The position numbers and the translations under genes were made by a program. DNA of 20,000 nucleotides, taken from Perkinsus olseni (Eukaryota). The stretch is taken from the NCBI GenBank assembly GCA_013115125.1, contig JABANN010000125.1:47104-67103 (forward strand), given 5' to 3'. This document shows positions 19,260 through 20,000 of this stretch, in pieces. Every line of letters starts with the position of its first letter. The first letter of the stretch is position 1. The notes under the pieces are model-generated. The model ran no database searches. It was not told where the DNA came from and saw only the letters and a program-made list of their open reading frames with translations.

Positions 19260-20000
19260 AAGCAAAGGCCTAGATCAATAACAGGACCACTATTGAATTG
19301 AAGAATTATCAATTCGATTCAGATTCGTGACACGCCGTCATGTTGGGTCAACACTGTTGACGGAGTGCGCTATAACTCACTAGAGCCACAGTTGATGTAG
19401 GCGCCCTCCGGCAGGGCTCAGATATTTGTCAAACTAGTCTTGAGAGGCTTAAGCGAAAGCGTGATCTATAGCATGATTTGTAGCGCGATCTAGCACGTAT
19501 ACTCATGCACGCGAGTGTACGGCGCAGGACGATACCAGACACTGGGAGTTTACGAGCAGTGAAGTGGGTGGTGTACTCGTCGCACCCCTCACGGGTAGGA
19601 GTATTGATAGTCACCTTTCAGGTGACACTCTCGGCGAGTCGGGGATCTACGGCAACAACCAGTTCTGTAGTCTGTGACCCAGGTATCAGAGAGCTGCCCG
19701 ATTACGGTATTCCGGCGGTTCTCTGATCCCGTATGAGTGGTGGATATGTCATCCTACCATGTTGGGAGACGTTGGCTGGTCACCCAAACGGTAGATGTCG
19801 TGCTGCGACATTTGTGTTCCGTCAAACGCCAACAGGCCCCCTTCGAGGATAGGCTGACCCTTCTCGGGAGGGCAAGACTTCGAGAGCTACGCCGAATGCC
19901 CTTCCTGTGGCCTTGCGCCAGCAGTTACTGCGTTTGGCTGCGCACAGCGGGTACACAACCCCTACGCGTGTAGCGGCCAGCCCAGCGAGGACCTACACCC

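Noticed and set aside
19429-20000. ORFs at the right edge
   Set aside because: Frames are interrupted by stops and unidentifiable.
1-20000. tRNA, rRNA or CRISPR array
   Set aside because: I saw no cloverleaf, rRNA motif or regularly spaced direct repeats.

Overview
Eukaryotic (protist-like) genomic DNA with many short GT-AG introns, roughly 30-75 nt. The style suggests a Perkinsus-like alveolate, but that is inference only. The left third holds the 3' part of an unidentified spliced gene (1-~1392) and a spliced nucleoporin Nup155/Nup170 homolog (1765-~6437) that seems to stop about halfway through the usual protein. The rest is an accessory region containing six paralogous small genes for secreted cysteine-rich peptides: signal peptide, short pro-like linker, then C-X4-C-X2-6-C-EPQ-C-X-C-X6-9-C-X-C-X-C-PY-stop. 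Two copies are on the + strand (7965-8171, 8632-8835). Four are on the - strand (11375-11581, 14877-15074, 16875-17075, and a frame-disrupted copy at 19040-19259). The first three minus-strand copies sit in 1.4-2 kb duplicated units separated by decayed sequence. I do not recognise this peptide family. Its scaffold and signal peptide are conserved while the loops are hypervariable, like a toxin, defensin or effector family. The window also has a perfect 24-bp palindrome in the strand-switch gap and recurring chained palindromes with 1-nt spacers at indel junctions, one of which disrupts the sixth peptide gene.
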